Shown here: positions 1 through 9,970 of the stretch, piece by piece
How the letters are laid out: each line of letters begins with the position of its first letter
How positions within the stretch are numbered: the first letter of the stretch is position 1
Assembly: GCA_905236845.1 (NCBI GenBank)
Contig: CAJOQM010000040.1
Span: 28,050 to 92,049, forward strand
DNA: 64,000 nucleotides
Direction of reading: 5' to 3'
Origin: an uncultured Lachnospiraceae bacterium
GTDB taxonomy: Bacteria > Bacillota > Clostridia > Lachnospirales > Lachnospiraceae
Position numbers and translations under genes: made by a program
Notes under the pieces: model-generated
Databases searched by the model: none
The model's input: only the letters and a program-made list of their open reading frames with translations
Told to the model about the DNA's origin: nothing

Positions 1-518
1 AAAAAACAGACCTTCGCCATTCCCTCGGCATAGTCCTTCAGGATACTCACCTATTCACCGGGACTATCATGGAAAATATCCGCTACGGGCGTCTTGATGC
101 CACGGATGAAGAATGTATCGAGGCGGCAAAGCTTGCAAATGCTCATTATTTCATTGAAAATTTCCCTGACGGATATGATACTGTCATAGATAATGACGGC
201 GGAAATCTCTCCCAGGGACAGTGCCAGCTTCTTGCCATAGCAAGGGCTGCCGTAGCAGATCCTCCCGTACTCATCCTTGATGAAGCGACAAGCTCCATTG
301 ATACCCGTACGGAGAAGGTAATATCCGAGGGTATGGACAGGCTTATGGAGGGAAGGACTGTTTTTGTCATTGCCCACAGGCTTTCTACCGTGCAGAATGC
401 AGATGCCATCATGGTGCTTGACCAGGGCAGGATCATAGAACGGGGCGACCATGACGAGCTTATGGCGCAAAAGGGCGTATATTACAATCTCTATACCGGA
501 GCCCAGGAGCTGGCATAG
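1..518 (+). CDS. ABC transporter ATP-binding domain, C-terminal fragment (gene starts upstream of window)
   Basis: The frame is open from the window edge (..LGIVLQDTHLFTGTIMENIRYG..). It has an ABC signature-like LSQGQCQLLAIARA, Walker B VLILDEATSSID and H-loop VIAHRLSTV. Stop at 516-518. Confidence 0.9.
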   Translation, partial: KTDLRHSLGIVLQDTHLFTGTIMENIRYGRLDATDEECIEAAKLANAHYFIENFPDGYDTVIDNDGGNLSQGQCQLLAIARAAVADPPVLILDEATSSIDTRTEKVISEGMDRLMEGRTVFVIAHRLSTVQNADAIMVLDQGRIIERGDHDELMAQKGVYYNLYTGAQELA

Positions 519-619
519 TATTTATCCTGTCCGCTCTTTAAATTATCGTGGACATTTTCTGCCTTTTATGTTAACATACTTATACTGCGACTCCTTTTAG
601 TCCGACAGGGGAATAAAGT

Positions 620-3600
620 ATGAATATTGACAGAATGTCAGATGTGTCTTTGGACAGTCTTAACAAGATAAATGTAAGCTCCTCCGGCTATGATTCCATG
701 ACCGGTCTTTTGCATATGTCGCTGTTTATTGAAGAAGCCGAAAAGCTTATTTCTGAAAACAGCGGCAAAAGATATGATGTTCTTTATTTTGATATCGAAG
801 ATTTTAAGACTTTCAATCTGAATTATTCTTATGCCGGAGGAAATCGGCTCCTTAAAGATACTGCGGAATATATAAAAAGATATTTTGAAGGGGCTTTGAT
901 TTCAAGGCTTGCGGACGATCATTTTGCGGCGCTTTGCGAGCGTAGTGACAGCCTTATTCAAAAGGTTACGGATTTCCATGAAAGATTAAATAATTATTCT
1001 TCGGGAAGCAGAGTGGAGATCAAGGTGGGAATATGCCGCCTCGAAAAAAATCTTTTTATGACCGCTATGGATAATGCCCGTTATGCCTGCGGCCAGATAA
1101 AAGGTAATTACAGCGCATTTTATTATATATTTGATGACAGACTTTTACAGCAGATTGAAGATCAAAGATATATTCTTTCGCATATAGATGAGGCTCTAGA
1201 AAACGATTACGTACAGGTCTATTACCAGCCCATCGTCAGGGCATCTACGGAAAAGCTGTGCGTATGGGAGGCTCTGGCAAGGTGGATAGACCCTGTAAAG
1301 GGGATGATCACTCCTGATAAATTCATTAATATCCTTGAAGATTATCAGCTTATACATAAGCTTGACTCACATATAGTCCGCTCTGTTGCAAGCCATTACA
1401 AAGGCTCTGTTGACAGGTGGGGAGATACTGCCAATGTATCTATGAACTTTTCGCGTCTGGATTTTCATCTGTGTAATCTTTTTGAAGTCGTAGACGATGC
1501 TGCTAGAGAATTTGGCGTACCCCGGGAAAACCTGAAGATTGAAGTTACAGAGAGCGCTTTTATGAGTGATATAGATTTTGTCTACAACCAGTTGGACAAA
1601 TTCAGAAGCGCAGGGTACGATCTTTGGCTTGATGATTTCGGCAGCGGCTATTCCTCAATTAATGTCATTAAGGATTTTGATTTTGACCTTATGAAGCTTG
1701 ATATGACATTCCTTGATGAAATTGAGACAAGCGAAAGAGCCCGTCAGATGCTTATTTCTACTATCCGTATGGCAAAAGAACTGAACATACAGACTGTTTG
1801 CGAGGGAGTAGAGACAAAGGAGCAGGCGGAGCTTTTGCGCAGCTACGGCTGCGAAATGCTTCAGGGCTATTATTACGGAAAGCCTCTTCCGGTTGCGGAA
1901 TGCGAGCGTGTATTTTTCAGCAAGGGAAATCAGAAAGAAGAGAGGTCTTTGTACAAATATTACGGTACTTTGGGAAAGGTCAATCTTCTCAATACATTTC
2001 CTTTAAGACGTGTTCACCAAAAATCGTTAAGAGAAGAACTTAAAAGCTATCCTCCCAGAGCCGTATTTGAATATTGTGACGGGCGGGTTGGTATTATCCA
2101 GTCATCCGAAACATTCCTTAATTCCATTGCAAAGCTGGGGTTCTATTCGCTTTCGGATCTCGAAAACGCAATGAACAACAAAAAGCTCAAATCCATGAAC
2201 AGCCTTGAATCACTGAAGGAAAAGGCATACAGATCAAGGACTTTGGAAGAAATTGATTTTATTGTTGACGGATGCTATTGCATGGTAAGCTGCGAATATA
2301 TCACGCAGGCAAAAGATGCGCAAAGGGAAGCTTATCTTGTTACGTTTAATGTTTATAACGATATCATAAATACCGGTGATTTTGCTCCGAAAACAGACGG
2401 TTTGGAAGCCATAGCTTCTTTCTACAAGATTATTGTCTTTTTGAGTGACAGCGGTGATGCTATTAAGATTATACACAAGTCATCGAATGCTTTTGATGAT
2501 GCGTACGTAAAAGGCTCTGTATTAAAAACCATAAATAATTTTGCCAGGTTAAATGTGAATTTTGACCAAAGGAGTGAATTTATAACCTTTATGGACAACC
2601 TCACTCTTCCTGCACGCCTTAAAGCCTCGGGATCAAATTCTATATCCGGAAGATTTATGATGAAAGATGATAAAGGGGAATTCAGCCCTCATATTATAAA
2701 TCTTGCTCCGGCGACAGTTCATGGTCAAAACGGTATTATTGTCGGTATATTCATGCAGGATTCTGTCCTGGGAGAATATCTTGAGCAAAAAGACGATAAA
2801 TATTTCGGTGTTCCCGAAATCCTTAAAATTGATAATGAAGAATATTTGACAAATATTGTAAATTGCCTTCCCGGAGCCCTTTACTGGAAAGACAAAGAAA
2901 TGCGTTTTGCCGGCGCCAATCAGGCTTTTATGGATTTCTTCGGCTTTGTAAGTCCTGATGAATTTATGGGAAAGACTGATGATGATATTCAGTGGAAGCC
3001 TTATGTTCATGTGGACAGAGAGCTTGAAAGAGATATTCTTGACAAAGGGATTTTTGTTACGGATTTTTCTGAAACCTGTGTTTTTGACGGCGTACCCCAT
3101 GAGGTGCTTATAACTAAAAAACCATTTTATGTAAACGGAAAAATAGAAGGATTTATTGGCTGCTTTTTTGATAATACATTGCGGCTTCAGAAGTCAAAAG
3201 ATTTCGTTAATAAATACATTTTTGACAGCCAGACCGGTGTTGTAAGTAATGACAGCTATATTTATGCGCTTTCCCGTTATGAGGAAAAATATAAGGAAAA
3301 AGGAATTGATTTTGCCTTAATATATGTGGATTTTGTAAACTACATCGAGTATAAAGAAAAATTCGGAGAGGAATTCAGCTCTGAAATGTTGATGGCCTTT
3401 GTAGGACTTTTGCGTAAACATGCAGGAGACTACGGTGTCATAGTGCGAAACGGAGAAAAGACATTTGCGGTGGTTCTGGATGTAGAAAATATATCGGGAG
3501 CCGAGATTTTTATGGAAGGCGTGAAGATTGATTCGGCAGCCTGCACCAGCATAGACGGAGTTGAATGCAGATATGAACTTGCCTTTGGATATTCATTGTA

Positions 3601-3691
3601 TTCTTCCCGGGGGAATCTGAAGCGGCTTACTGACAGCGCAAAAAAACAGATGCGGACTCAAAGACATTCGATGCTGGAAAAGGGCTCCTGA
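620..3691 (+). CDS. Composite c-di-GMP protein: degenerate GGDEF - EAL phosphodiesterase - PAS-like - degenerate GGDEF
   Basis: 1023-aa ORF. EAL motifs are intact (YYQPIV, EALARW, KIEVTES, LWLDDFGSGYSS, MKLDMTF, CEGVETKEQ, QGYYYGKP). The N-terminal GGDEF-like fold has its motif replaced by ADDHF. The C-terminal GGDEF-like fold has its motif replaced by NGEKTF. A PAS-like stretch lies around LPGALYWKDKEMRFAGANQAF. Confidence 0.85.
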   Translation: MNIDRMSDVSLDSLNKINVSSSGYDSMTGLLHMSLFIEEAEKLISENSGKRYDVLYFDIEDFKTFNLNYSYAGGNRLLKDTAEYIKRYFEGALISRLADDHFAALCERSDSLIQKVTDFHERLNNYSSGSRVEIKVGICRLEKNLFMTAMDNARYACGQIKGNYSAFYYIFDDRLLQQIEDQRYILSHIDEALENDYVQVYYQPIVRASTEKLCVWEALARWIDPVKGMITPDKFINILEDYQLIHKLDSHIVRSVASHYKGSVDRWGDTANVSMNFSRLDFHLCNLFEVVDDAAREFGVPRENLKIEVTESAFMSDIDFVYNQLDKFRSAGYDLWLDDFGSGYSSINVIKDFDFDLMKLDMTFLDEIETSERARQMLISTIRMAKELNIQTVCEGVETKEQAELLRSYGCEMLQGYYYGKPLPVAECERVFFSKGNQKEERSLYKYYGTLGKVNLLNTFPLRRVHQKSLREELKSYPPRAVFEYCDGRVGIIQSSETFLNSIAKLGFYSLSDLENAMNNKKLKSMNSLESLKEKAYRSRTLEEIDFIVDGCYCMVSCEYITQAKDAQREAYLVTFNVYNDIINTGDFAPKTDGLEAIASFYKIIVFLSDSGDAIKIIHKSSNAFDDAYVKGSVLKTINNFARLNVNFDQRSEFITFMDNLTLPARLKASGSNSISGRFMMKDDKGEFSPHIINLAPATVHGQNGIIVGIFMQDSVLGEYLEQKDDKYFGVPEILKIDNEEYLTNIVNCLPGALYWKDKEMRFAGANQAFMDFFGFVSPDEFMGKTDDDIQWKPYVHVDRELERDILDKGIFVTDFSETCVFDGVPHEVLITKKPFYVNGKIEGFIGCFFDNTLRLQKSKDFVNKYIFDSQTGVVSNDSYIYALSRYEEKYKEKGIDFALIYVDFVNYIEYKEKFGEEFSSEMLMAFVGLLRKHAGDYGVIVRNGEKTFAVVLDVENISGAEIFMEGVKIDSAACTSIDGVECRYELAFGYSLYSSRGNLKRLTDSAKKQMRTQRHSMLEKGS

Positions 3692-3708
3692 AATAAAGAG
3701 CCTTTTTC
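3681..3708 (+). terminator. Weak hairpin plus T-run overlapping the stop codon of the upstream gene
   Basis: The stem is aGGGCTC..GAGCCt with a 10-nt loop, followed by TTTTT. The stem is short, so this is at best a partial terminator. Confidence 0.35.
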
Positions 3709-3723
3709 TATGAGGTTTTAAAT

Positions 3724-5511
3724 ATGATAAACGGAAAAGAAGATAAAATCACAATATCCGAATCGGATATAAAAATACTGGACAAAGATGGGATTAATTG
3801 GAGACCCTTTGGCTTTGTTTCTGTGCTTATATTGGTTTTGTGTCTGTGCGGCTGTGTTTTTTCTATTATCCGGCAGGGATATTTTAACAATTCGGATTTT
3901 GAAGCAGGTTTTTTCAATGACAGCTGGAAGGTATATTTAAACGGTGAGGAAATAGGTGAAGGAGCCCTTGATTCCGTGGGAATCCCCCGGCTCCTTGAAA
4001 AAGGCGATGTTATAACTATGGAAAATCATCTGCCTGACGGCGTAGATGCTTCAAATTTTATTTGCATAACCACATATCTGAGCTCTGTTAAAGTGACCGT
4101 TGACGATATGGAAGTATATAATTACGGAAGTGAGCTTATAGAAGGCGGTTATATGGCAGGCTCCGGAGTTCATTACATATCAATGCCGCCTAATGATATG
4201 GATTCTGATATACAGATTATAATTACAGCGTCAGAAGATGATGCCTTTACCAGTATTCCCGAGGTAAAGCTTATTAAAGCCATGTTTGCCACATCCGCCA
4301 TAGGTAATGTGAATGTCCCTGCGCTTTTTATGGGGAATTTCCTGGTCGTTTTCGGCGGTCTTATCTTTATATTCGGCATAGCCATGACCTTTATGGACAA
4401 GAGCGTAAATGTATTTGTGGAACTTTCTTTTGTCTCCTTTTTCGGGGGGTTTTGGATACTTTGTACAACCCACGCCATCCAGCTTGCTTTTCAGGATAAA
4501 TATTTTACAACGGTATGTGAATATCTGTCCCTTTATTTTCTTTCCGTTCCGGTGATTTTAATGCTTATGCGAAACAGGCGAAGCGACAGGGGATGGCGAA
4601 GGAAGGTCTTTGTAATTGCCCTTACTGTATTTGGTGCCTTTGATATACTGGCTGTACTTTTGCATTTTTCGAATGTCGCTCATTTGCCTGCTGTATTAAA
4701 GCTTTATCATGTGCTTGTACTTATAAGCGTTGTTCCTCTTATTGCGGCTTCATGGGCGCCTCTTAAAGGTGCAAAGATTACCCAATACATAGACACATTG
4801 TCTTTGATATCGCTGATTGCCGTAGGTTTCCTTGAGTGTGTTAATTTTATCTTTCAAAAATACGTCTTTGAAACAGAATCCTACTGGAGCGCCAGTATTT
4901 TGCCCTACGGAATATTTTGCTTTGTATCTCTTTCCATTATAAGCTTTACAGTGGATGCTTACGAGGGAATTCGGGGTATGGCCGAAAGAAAATTGTACCA
5001 AAAGATGGCTTACCACGATGAGATGACGGGGCTTTATAACAGAGCATACAGCGTGGAATATCTTGAAAGCCTTAACCGGGAAGAAGCCCGTATTGTGGCT
5101 CTTGCGGTGGATCTTAATGATTTAAAGATTACAAACGATACCAAGGGGCATATAGTAGGAGACGACCTTATAACATCTTTTGCGGGGATTTTAAAAGACA
5201 CCTTCGGAAGCATTGCGAAGGTCATGCGAATGGGGGGCGATGAATTTCTTGTAGTAGGAGATATCGAGCATAAGCACGATGTGGAAGCCGGCGCCGAATC
5301 CCTTATACAAAAGGAAAAGGAAGCTTCTGAAAACAAAGATTATGATATGAGCGCAGCTTTCGGCATGGCTTCTTCTGATGAAGCGGGGCTAAATGACATT
5401 TATGATGTATGCCGTGCCGCAGACGACAAAATGTACGCCCAAAAGACCAAAATGAAAGTAGCAAGACGCCTTGAAAAAGACAAGGCCTACTCGGACGATA
5501 ACGATGGATGA
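3724..5511 (+). CDS. Membrane-bound diguanylate cyclase (N-terminal extracytoplasmic domain, multi-TM region, GGDEF)
   Basis: GAGG RBS. There is one N-terminal TM, then about 8 hydrophobic helices. The C-terminal domain has YHDEMTGLYNR and RMGGDEFLVV (canonical GGDEF). Confidence 0.88.
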   Translation: MINGKEDKITISESDIKILDKDGINWRPFGFVSVLILVLCLCGCVFSIIRQGYFNNSDFEAGFFNDSWKVYLNGEEIGEGALDSVGIPRLLEKGDVITMENHLPDGVDASNFICITTYLSSVKVTVDDMEVYNYGSELIEGGYMAGSGVHYISMPPNDMDSDIQIIITASEDDAFTSIPEVKLIKAMFATSAIGNVNVPALFMGNFLVVFGGLIFIFGIAMTFMDKSVNVFVELSFVSFFGGFWILCTTHAIQLAFQDKYFTTVCEYLSLYFLSVPVILMLMRNRRSDRGWRRKVFVIALTVFGAFDILAVLLHFSNVAHLPAVLKLYHVLVLISVVPLIAASWAPLKGAKITQYIDTLSLISLIAVGFLECVNFIFQKYVFETESYWSASILPYGIFCFVSLSIISFTVDAYEGIRGMAERKLYQKMAYHDEMTGLYNRAYSVEYLESLNREEARIVALAVDLNDLKITNDTKGHIVGDDLITSFAGILKDTFGSIAKVMRMGGDEFLVVGDIEHKHDVEAGAESLIQKEKEASENKDYDMSAAFGMASSDEAGLNDIYDVCRAADDKMYAQKTKMKVARRLEKDKAYSDDNDG

Positions 5512-6856
5512 CAAGGAATTAATAATCGAAAATCTAAATGAGCTGCTTGAGGAAAAGAAATTTAAAGTAATGGCTCTTGAATTGCAACAGCTTAATGAAT
5601 TTGATATAGCCATGTACCTGGATTCCCTTGAACCGGAGCAGGTACTGGTTTTATTTCATATGCTTCCAAAAGACCTGTCCGCAGATGTGTTTTCCGAAAT
5701 GGAGATAGACACCCAGAGTCGGATTGTTGAGGCGGTGTCTGCTTCCGAGCTTAATGAAATCGTGGAAAACCTGGCTATGGACGATGCCGTGGACATGATA
5801 GAAGAGCTTCCCGCAAATCTTGTAAAGAAAGTACTCCGGGCTGCAAAAGAAGATACCAGGAAGGTTATAAACCAATATCTTATGTATCCCGAAAACTCCG
5901 CCGGCACCATTATGACGGCAGAGTATGTGGCTCTTAAAAAATGGATGAACGCCCGCCAGGCTCTGCAATATGTTAGGGAACACGGAGTCGATTCTGAGAC
6001 TATATATACCTGCTATGTTACAAGCTATACCCGTGAGCTTGAGGGTGTTGTGACGTTAAAGGATCTTGTTATGGCGGATCCCGAAACAGAGCTTTCCGAT
6101 ATTCTCGATGATAATGTTATAAGCGCATATACCACGGAAGACCAGGAGGACGTAGCCCAGATATTCAATAAATACGACCTTTTGGCGCTGCCTGTTGTAG
6201 ACCTTGAAAACAGGGTGGTAGGTATCATTACCGTAGATGATATGGTAGATGTTATGGAGCAGGAGGCTACGGAGGATATCGAGAAGATGGCAGCTCTTAA
6301 TCCTTCGGAAAAGCCGTATCTTTCCACCAGTGTATTTGAGCTTGCCAAAAACAGGATATTCTGGCTGCTTTTTCTTATGATAAGCTCCATGCTTACGGGA
6401 CATCTTCTTACTACATATGAAGACGCATTTACCGTTGTGCCTCTTCTTGTAACATTTATACCCATGATGACGGGTACCGGCGGAAATGCGGGAAGCCAGT
6501 CCGCAACACTTATTATCCGCGGTATGACGGTGGGAGATATAAAGACGGCAGACTTTCTTAAGGTGTGGTGGAAGGAAATCCGGGTAGCCTGCCTTTGCGG
6601 CGTTGTTCTTGCGGGAGTCAATTTCCTTCGCCTTACTTTGCAATATCCCGGAAATACCATGGTTTGCCTTACTGTGGTTTTAAGTATGTTTGGCACCATT
6701 ATAATAGCAAAATCCATAGGCTGCCTTTTGCCCATAGGAGCAAAGCTTATACATGTAGATCCTGCCATAATGGCAGCTCCTCTTATATCAACCATTGTGG
6801 ATGCCTGCAGTCTTATGCTTTATTTCCAGGTCGCATGCGCCATAATCGGGCTGTGA
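5504..6856 (+). CDS. mgtE: Magnesium transporter MgtE
   Basis: It has an MgtE N-domain, tandem CBS region, and a C-terminal TM domain with PMMTGTGGNAGSQSATL. I prefer the ATG at 5504 (ATGGATGA overlap with the upstream stop) over the ORF-track start at 5471. Confidence 0.9.
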   Translation: MDDKELIIENLNELLEEKKFKVMALELQQLNEFDIAMYLDSLEPEQVLVLFHMLPKDLSADVFSEMEIDTQSRIVEAVSASELNEIVENLAMDDAVDMIEELPANLVKKVLRAAKEDTRKVINQYLMYPENSAGTIMTAEYVALKKWMNARQALQYVREHGVDSETIYTCYVTSYTRELEGVVTLKDLVMADPETELSDILDDNVISAYTTEDQEDVAQIFNKYDLLALPVVDLENRVVGIITVDDMVDVMEQEATEDIEKMAALNPSEKPYLSTSVFELAKNRIFWLLFLMISSMLTGHLLTTYEDAFTVVPLLVTFIPMMTGTGGNAGSQSATLIIRGMTVGDIKTADFLKVWWKEIRVACLCGVVLAGVNFLRLTLQYPGNTMVCLTVVLSMFGTIIIAKSIGCLLPIGAKLIHVDPAIMAAPLISTIVDACSLMLYFQVACAIIGL

Positions 6857-6903
6857 CGGTTTGACTTTGCTTTATGCGCTTTTGCAATCTGAAAATCCGG
6901 GCA

Positions 6904-6941
6904 TAAAAAAAGGACTGCCCGGCTATGACACCGGACAATCC
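6904..6941 (-). terminator. Rho-independent terminator of the small minus-strand gene
   Basis: On the minus strand an 11-bp stem (6931-6941 / 6912-6922, two G-U pairs) is followed by TTTTTTT (6904-6910). Confidence 0.55.
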
Positions 6942-6974
6942 TAAATGAAGGGAATATAAGATTAAGGGCTTATA

Positions 6975-7280
6975 TCAAAAATCGATATAGCGCTGTTCTT
7001 CCTTATCATTTACTACATAATAAGCTCTGCGCTCGGAAAGATTAAGATAGGTGCGAAGAGATTTTATTGCACCGATTCTGTGACCTTCATCCTTATAGGT
7101 CTGCTTTATTCTTTCCACTAACGCTTCGGTATTTATCTGATCGCCGTTTACTTCGATAAAAGTCTCCTGAATCATAGCAACGGGCTTTTTCTTTGAGGTC
7201 TTTTTGCGAGTGGATTTTGCGGCAGATTTAACTGCGCTTACGGCTTTTTTGGCTGTTGATTTTGTATTACTTGTGCTCAT
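6975..7280 (-). CDS. Small protein of unknown function with a Lys/Ala/Ser/Thr-rich basic N-terminal tail
   Basis: An AGGAGG RBS lies upstream of the ATG at 7280 (MSTSNTKSTAKKAVSAVKSAAKSTRKKTSKKKP...), followed by a globular about 65-aa C-terminal part. The ORF-track start at 7343 lacks an RBS. Confidence 0.6.
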   Translation of the reverse strand: MSTSNTKSTAKKAVSAVKSAAKSTRKKTSKKKPVAMIQETFIEVNGDQINTEALVERIKQTYKDEGHRIGAIKSLRTYLNLSERRAYYVVNDKEEQRYIDF

Positions 7281-7421
7281 ATTATCCTCCTGTATTATTG
7301 ATTGAATTAATAGATAAATATCAACGCATTTATGAGTATACACCTGTTTTGATTTATTGTAAAGTTATGTTTAAATTTTTTTTATTATATTTTAATTTTT
7401 TGAAGGGATTTATCTTAAATT

Positions 7422-8420
7422 ATGACATCAAAACCGAAAGTAAGCGTTATTATTCCCGTATATAATGCATCAGAATATCTTGATAAAACTATTGATAATA
7501 TTATTAATCAAACACTTAATGATATAGAAATAATTTTTATAGATGATGCATCGGAAGATAACAGCCCGGATAAGCTTAAAGCTTATAAAGAAAAATATCC
7601 GGATAAGATTGTTTTAATAGAATCAAAAAAAAACCGGGGTGCGGGAGGCGCAAGAAACCTTGGGCTTGATGCCGCATCGGGGGAATATATTGCTTTTTAT
7701 GATGCGGATGATATTATAAAGCCGGATATATATGAAAAGCTTTATACAAAAGCCGTATCCGGAAATTATGATATGGTGGATACGGGATTTTATTACGAAA
7801 AGACGAAGGTATCTGCGTGTTATACTACAGACAATCTGACGGGGGACCTTGATGATAATAAACGCTCCGGTTTAATAGCAAAGGGCGGGTATCTTTGGAC
7901 AAAGCTTATACGAAAAAGCTGTATCTACGGTGAAAATAAAGTCCGTTTCAGGGAAGGAGTTATACTTGAAGATGCGGATTTTTTGTTTTATCTTTATGCA
8001 ACGATATCCCGTATGGGCGTTTTGAAAGAGACGCTTTATACATATTGTGACAGAGCATCTTCCGCATCAAAGCTTAAAGATCCTTATAAATATGCCGAAA
8101 ACGTCCAAAAATCCATGACAGCAATTTATGACAGGGTTAAAGATCTGCCGGATTATAAAGGAATACAACCGGCTGTCGAATATTCTGTTATTCAGCTTTA
8201 TAAATACGGGATTTTCTCCTGCATATCCTCTATGTGGGAAGGGGAATCCGATGAAAGCGTTATTAAACGCATAAAGGAATTTAAAGAAATAAAGGATAAA
8301 TTAATTAAAATCCCGTATAAAGCAAATAAATATGTTATGATAAATATTAACGATAATGATCTTGGCGTAATAGAAAGCTGCGACAAAGATATAACAGAAT
8401 TGATTGAAGCAAACAGATAA
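7422..8420 (+). CDS. Family 2 glycosyltransferase
   Basis: VSVIIPVYNASEYLDKTIDNIINQT, FIDDASEDNS and AFYDADD (DXD) are typical of the GT-A GT2 fold. Confidence 0.85.
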   Translation: MTSKPKVSVIIPVYNASEYLDKTIDNIINQTLNDIEIIFIDDASEDNSPDKLKAYKEKYPDKIVLIESKKNRGAGGARNLGLDAASGEYIAFYDADDIIKPDIYEKLYTKAVSGNYDMVDTGFYYEKTKVSACYTTDNLTGDLDDNKRSGLIAKGGYLWTKLIRKSCIYGENKVRFREGVILEDADFLFYLYATISRMGVLKETLYTYCDRASSASKLKDPYKYAENVQKSMTAIYDRVKDLPDYKGIQPAVEYSVIQLYKYGIFSCISSMWEGESDESVIKRIKEFKEIKDKLIKIPYKANKYVMININDNDLGVIESCDKDITELIEANR

Positions 8421-8428
8421 GGATTTTT

Positions 8429-9307
8429 ATGGATAACAAAAACAATAAAACAGAAAACAAAAAAGCAGGATTTAACTGGTATCCCGGACATATGACAAAG
8501 GCTAAACGAAGGATGCAGGAAGATATAAAACTGGTTGACATAATACTTGATATAAGGGATGCCAGAGCGCCTCTTTCAAGCACGAATCCCGATCTAAAGC
8601 AAATGTGCAACAACAAAGAACGGGTTATTTTGCTTAATAAATCAGACCTTTCGGATAAGAAGGTAAATGATGCCTGGATAGAATATTATGCCTCTAAAGG
8701 TATAAAGGTAATCTGCATAGACGCCAGGAAGAAAAATTATTTAAAGGATATAAGGAAGCTTATAGACGAGCGCTCCGCCGAAAAAAGGGAGCGGGATCTT
8801 AAGCGGGGCATTAAAAACCGCCAGATAAAGGTTATGGCGGCGGGCATACCGAATGTCGGAAAGTCTACCATCATAAACACCTTTGCAGGATCAAAGCGGG
8901 CAAAGACCGGGGATAAGCCGGGAGTAACCAGAGGGAACCAATGGATAAGCCTTGGCAAGGACATCCTGCTTCTTGATACTCCGGGAATATTATGGCCCAA
9001 ATTTGATAACGAAAAGACTGCCATGAATCTTTGCCTTATATCTTCCATAAGGGATGAAATCGCAGATCCTGAGGATATATTCAGGTTCTTTTATGAGGAG
9101 CTGTCAGAATCTTATCCTGACGCCTTAAAGGATAGATACGGCACCATACTTACTTCAAGCTGGGATGAAGTGCTTAGGGACATTGCGATATTGCGTAATT
9201 GCATTAAATCAAAGGGAGAGCCTGATACCCTGCGGGCGGCAATGCTTGTAATAGATGATTTTCGCTCGGGAGCGTTGGGAAATATATCATTGGAGAGGCC
9301 TAAATAG
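8429..9307 (+). CDS. rbgA: Ribosome biogenesis GTPase A (YlqF/RbgA)
   Basis: It shows the circularly permuted GTPase order: NWYPGHMTKAKRRM, LLNKSDL (G4), GIPNVGKSTIIN (G1), DTPGILWPKF (G3). Confidence 0.92.
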   Translation: MDNKNNKTENKKAGFNWYPGHMTKAKRRMQEDIKLVDIILDIRDARAPLSSTNPDLKQMCNNKERVILLNKSDLSDKKVNDAWIEYYASKGIKVICIDARKKNYLKDIRKLIDERSAEKRERDLKRGIKNRQIKVMAAGIPNVGKSTIINTFAGSKRAKTGDKPGVTRGNQWISLGKDILLLDTPGILWPKFDNEKTAMNLCLISSIRDEIADPEDIFRFFYEELSESYPDALKDRYGTILTSSWDEVLRDIAILRNCIKSKGEPDTLRAAMLVIDDFRSGALGNISLERPK

Positions 9308-9310
9308 ATT

Positions 9311-9970
9311 ATGACTGAAAAACAATTGGAAAAAGAAAGAAAAAAGCAGGAAAAGCTAAAGGCGGAAAGACAGCGCCTTTATATAATGACCGAGTATGAA
9401 CGAAAATACCCGGAATATTCTTTTATATGCGGTATCGATGAAGCGGGAAGGGGACCTTTGGCAGGGCCCGTGTGCGCAGGAGCGGTAATACTTCCGAAGG
9501 ATTGCGAGATATTGTATTTAAATGACTCAAAGAAGCTCTCAGAAAAAAGAAGAGATGCCCTTTATGATGAGATAAAAGAAAAGGCCATAGCCTGGGCTGT
9601 TGGCTTTGTAGACGAAAAACGCATTGATGAAATCAACATCCTTCAGGCGACCTACGAGGCTATGCGGGAAGCTATAAATAATTTGTCCCAAAAGCCCGAT
9701 ATATTATTAAATGACGCCCTTATTATTCCTGAGGTTAATATTCCCCAGGAAGAAATAATAAAAGGGGATGCAAAAAGCGTTTCCATAGCCGCAGCAAGCA
9801 TTATGGCAAAGGTTACCCGTGACAGGCTTATGGCTCAATATGACGAAAAATATCCTCAATACGGCTTTGCAAAGCACAAAGGATATGGCACAAAGCAGCA
9901 TATAGAGGCTATAAAACAATTTGGTCCTTGTCCGATCCACAGAATGACTTTTATAGGGAAATTTATTTAA
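9311..9970 (+). CDS. rnhB: Ribonuclease HII
   Basis: GIDEAGRGPLAGPV, DSKKLS and a KGDAKS..AAASI pattern. The position after rbgA matches Bacillus. Confidence 0.92.
   Translation: MTEKQLEKERKKQEKLKAERQRLYIMTEYERKYPEYSFICGIDEAGRGPLAGPVCAGAVILPKDCEILYLNDSKKLSEKRRDALYDEIKEKAIAWAVGFVDEKRIDEINILQATYEAMREAINNLSQKPDILLNDALIIPEVNIPQEEIIKGDAKSVSIAAASIMAKVTRDRLMAQYDEKYPQYGFAKHKGYGTKQHIEAIKQFGPCPIHRMTFIGKFI

Noticed and set aside
5471-5503. N-terminal extension of mgtE, and a possible M-box riboswitch upstream of it
   Set aside because: The extension lies inside the preceding GGDEF gene, and the conserved MgtE sequence starts at the ATG at 5504. There is no intergenic space for a riboswitch.
9928-9969. 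Upstream start for the ylqG-like ORF
   Set aside because: It would overlap the last 14 codons of rnhB. The ATG at 9970 in a TAATG junction is the typical coupled start.
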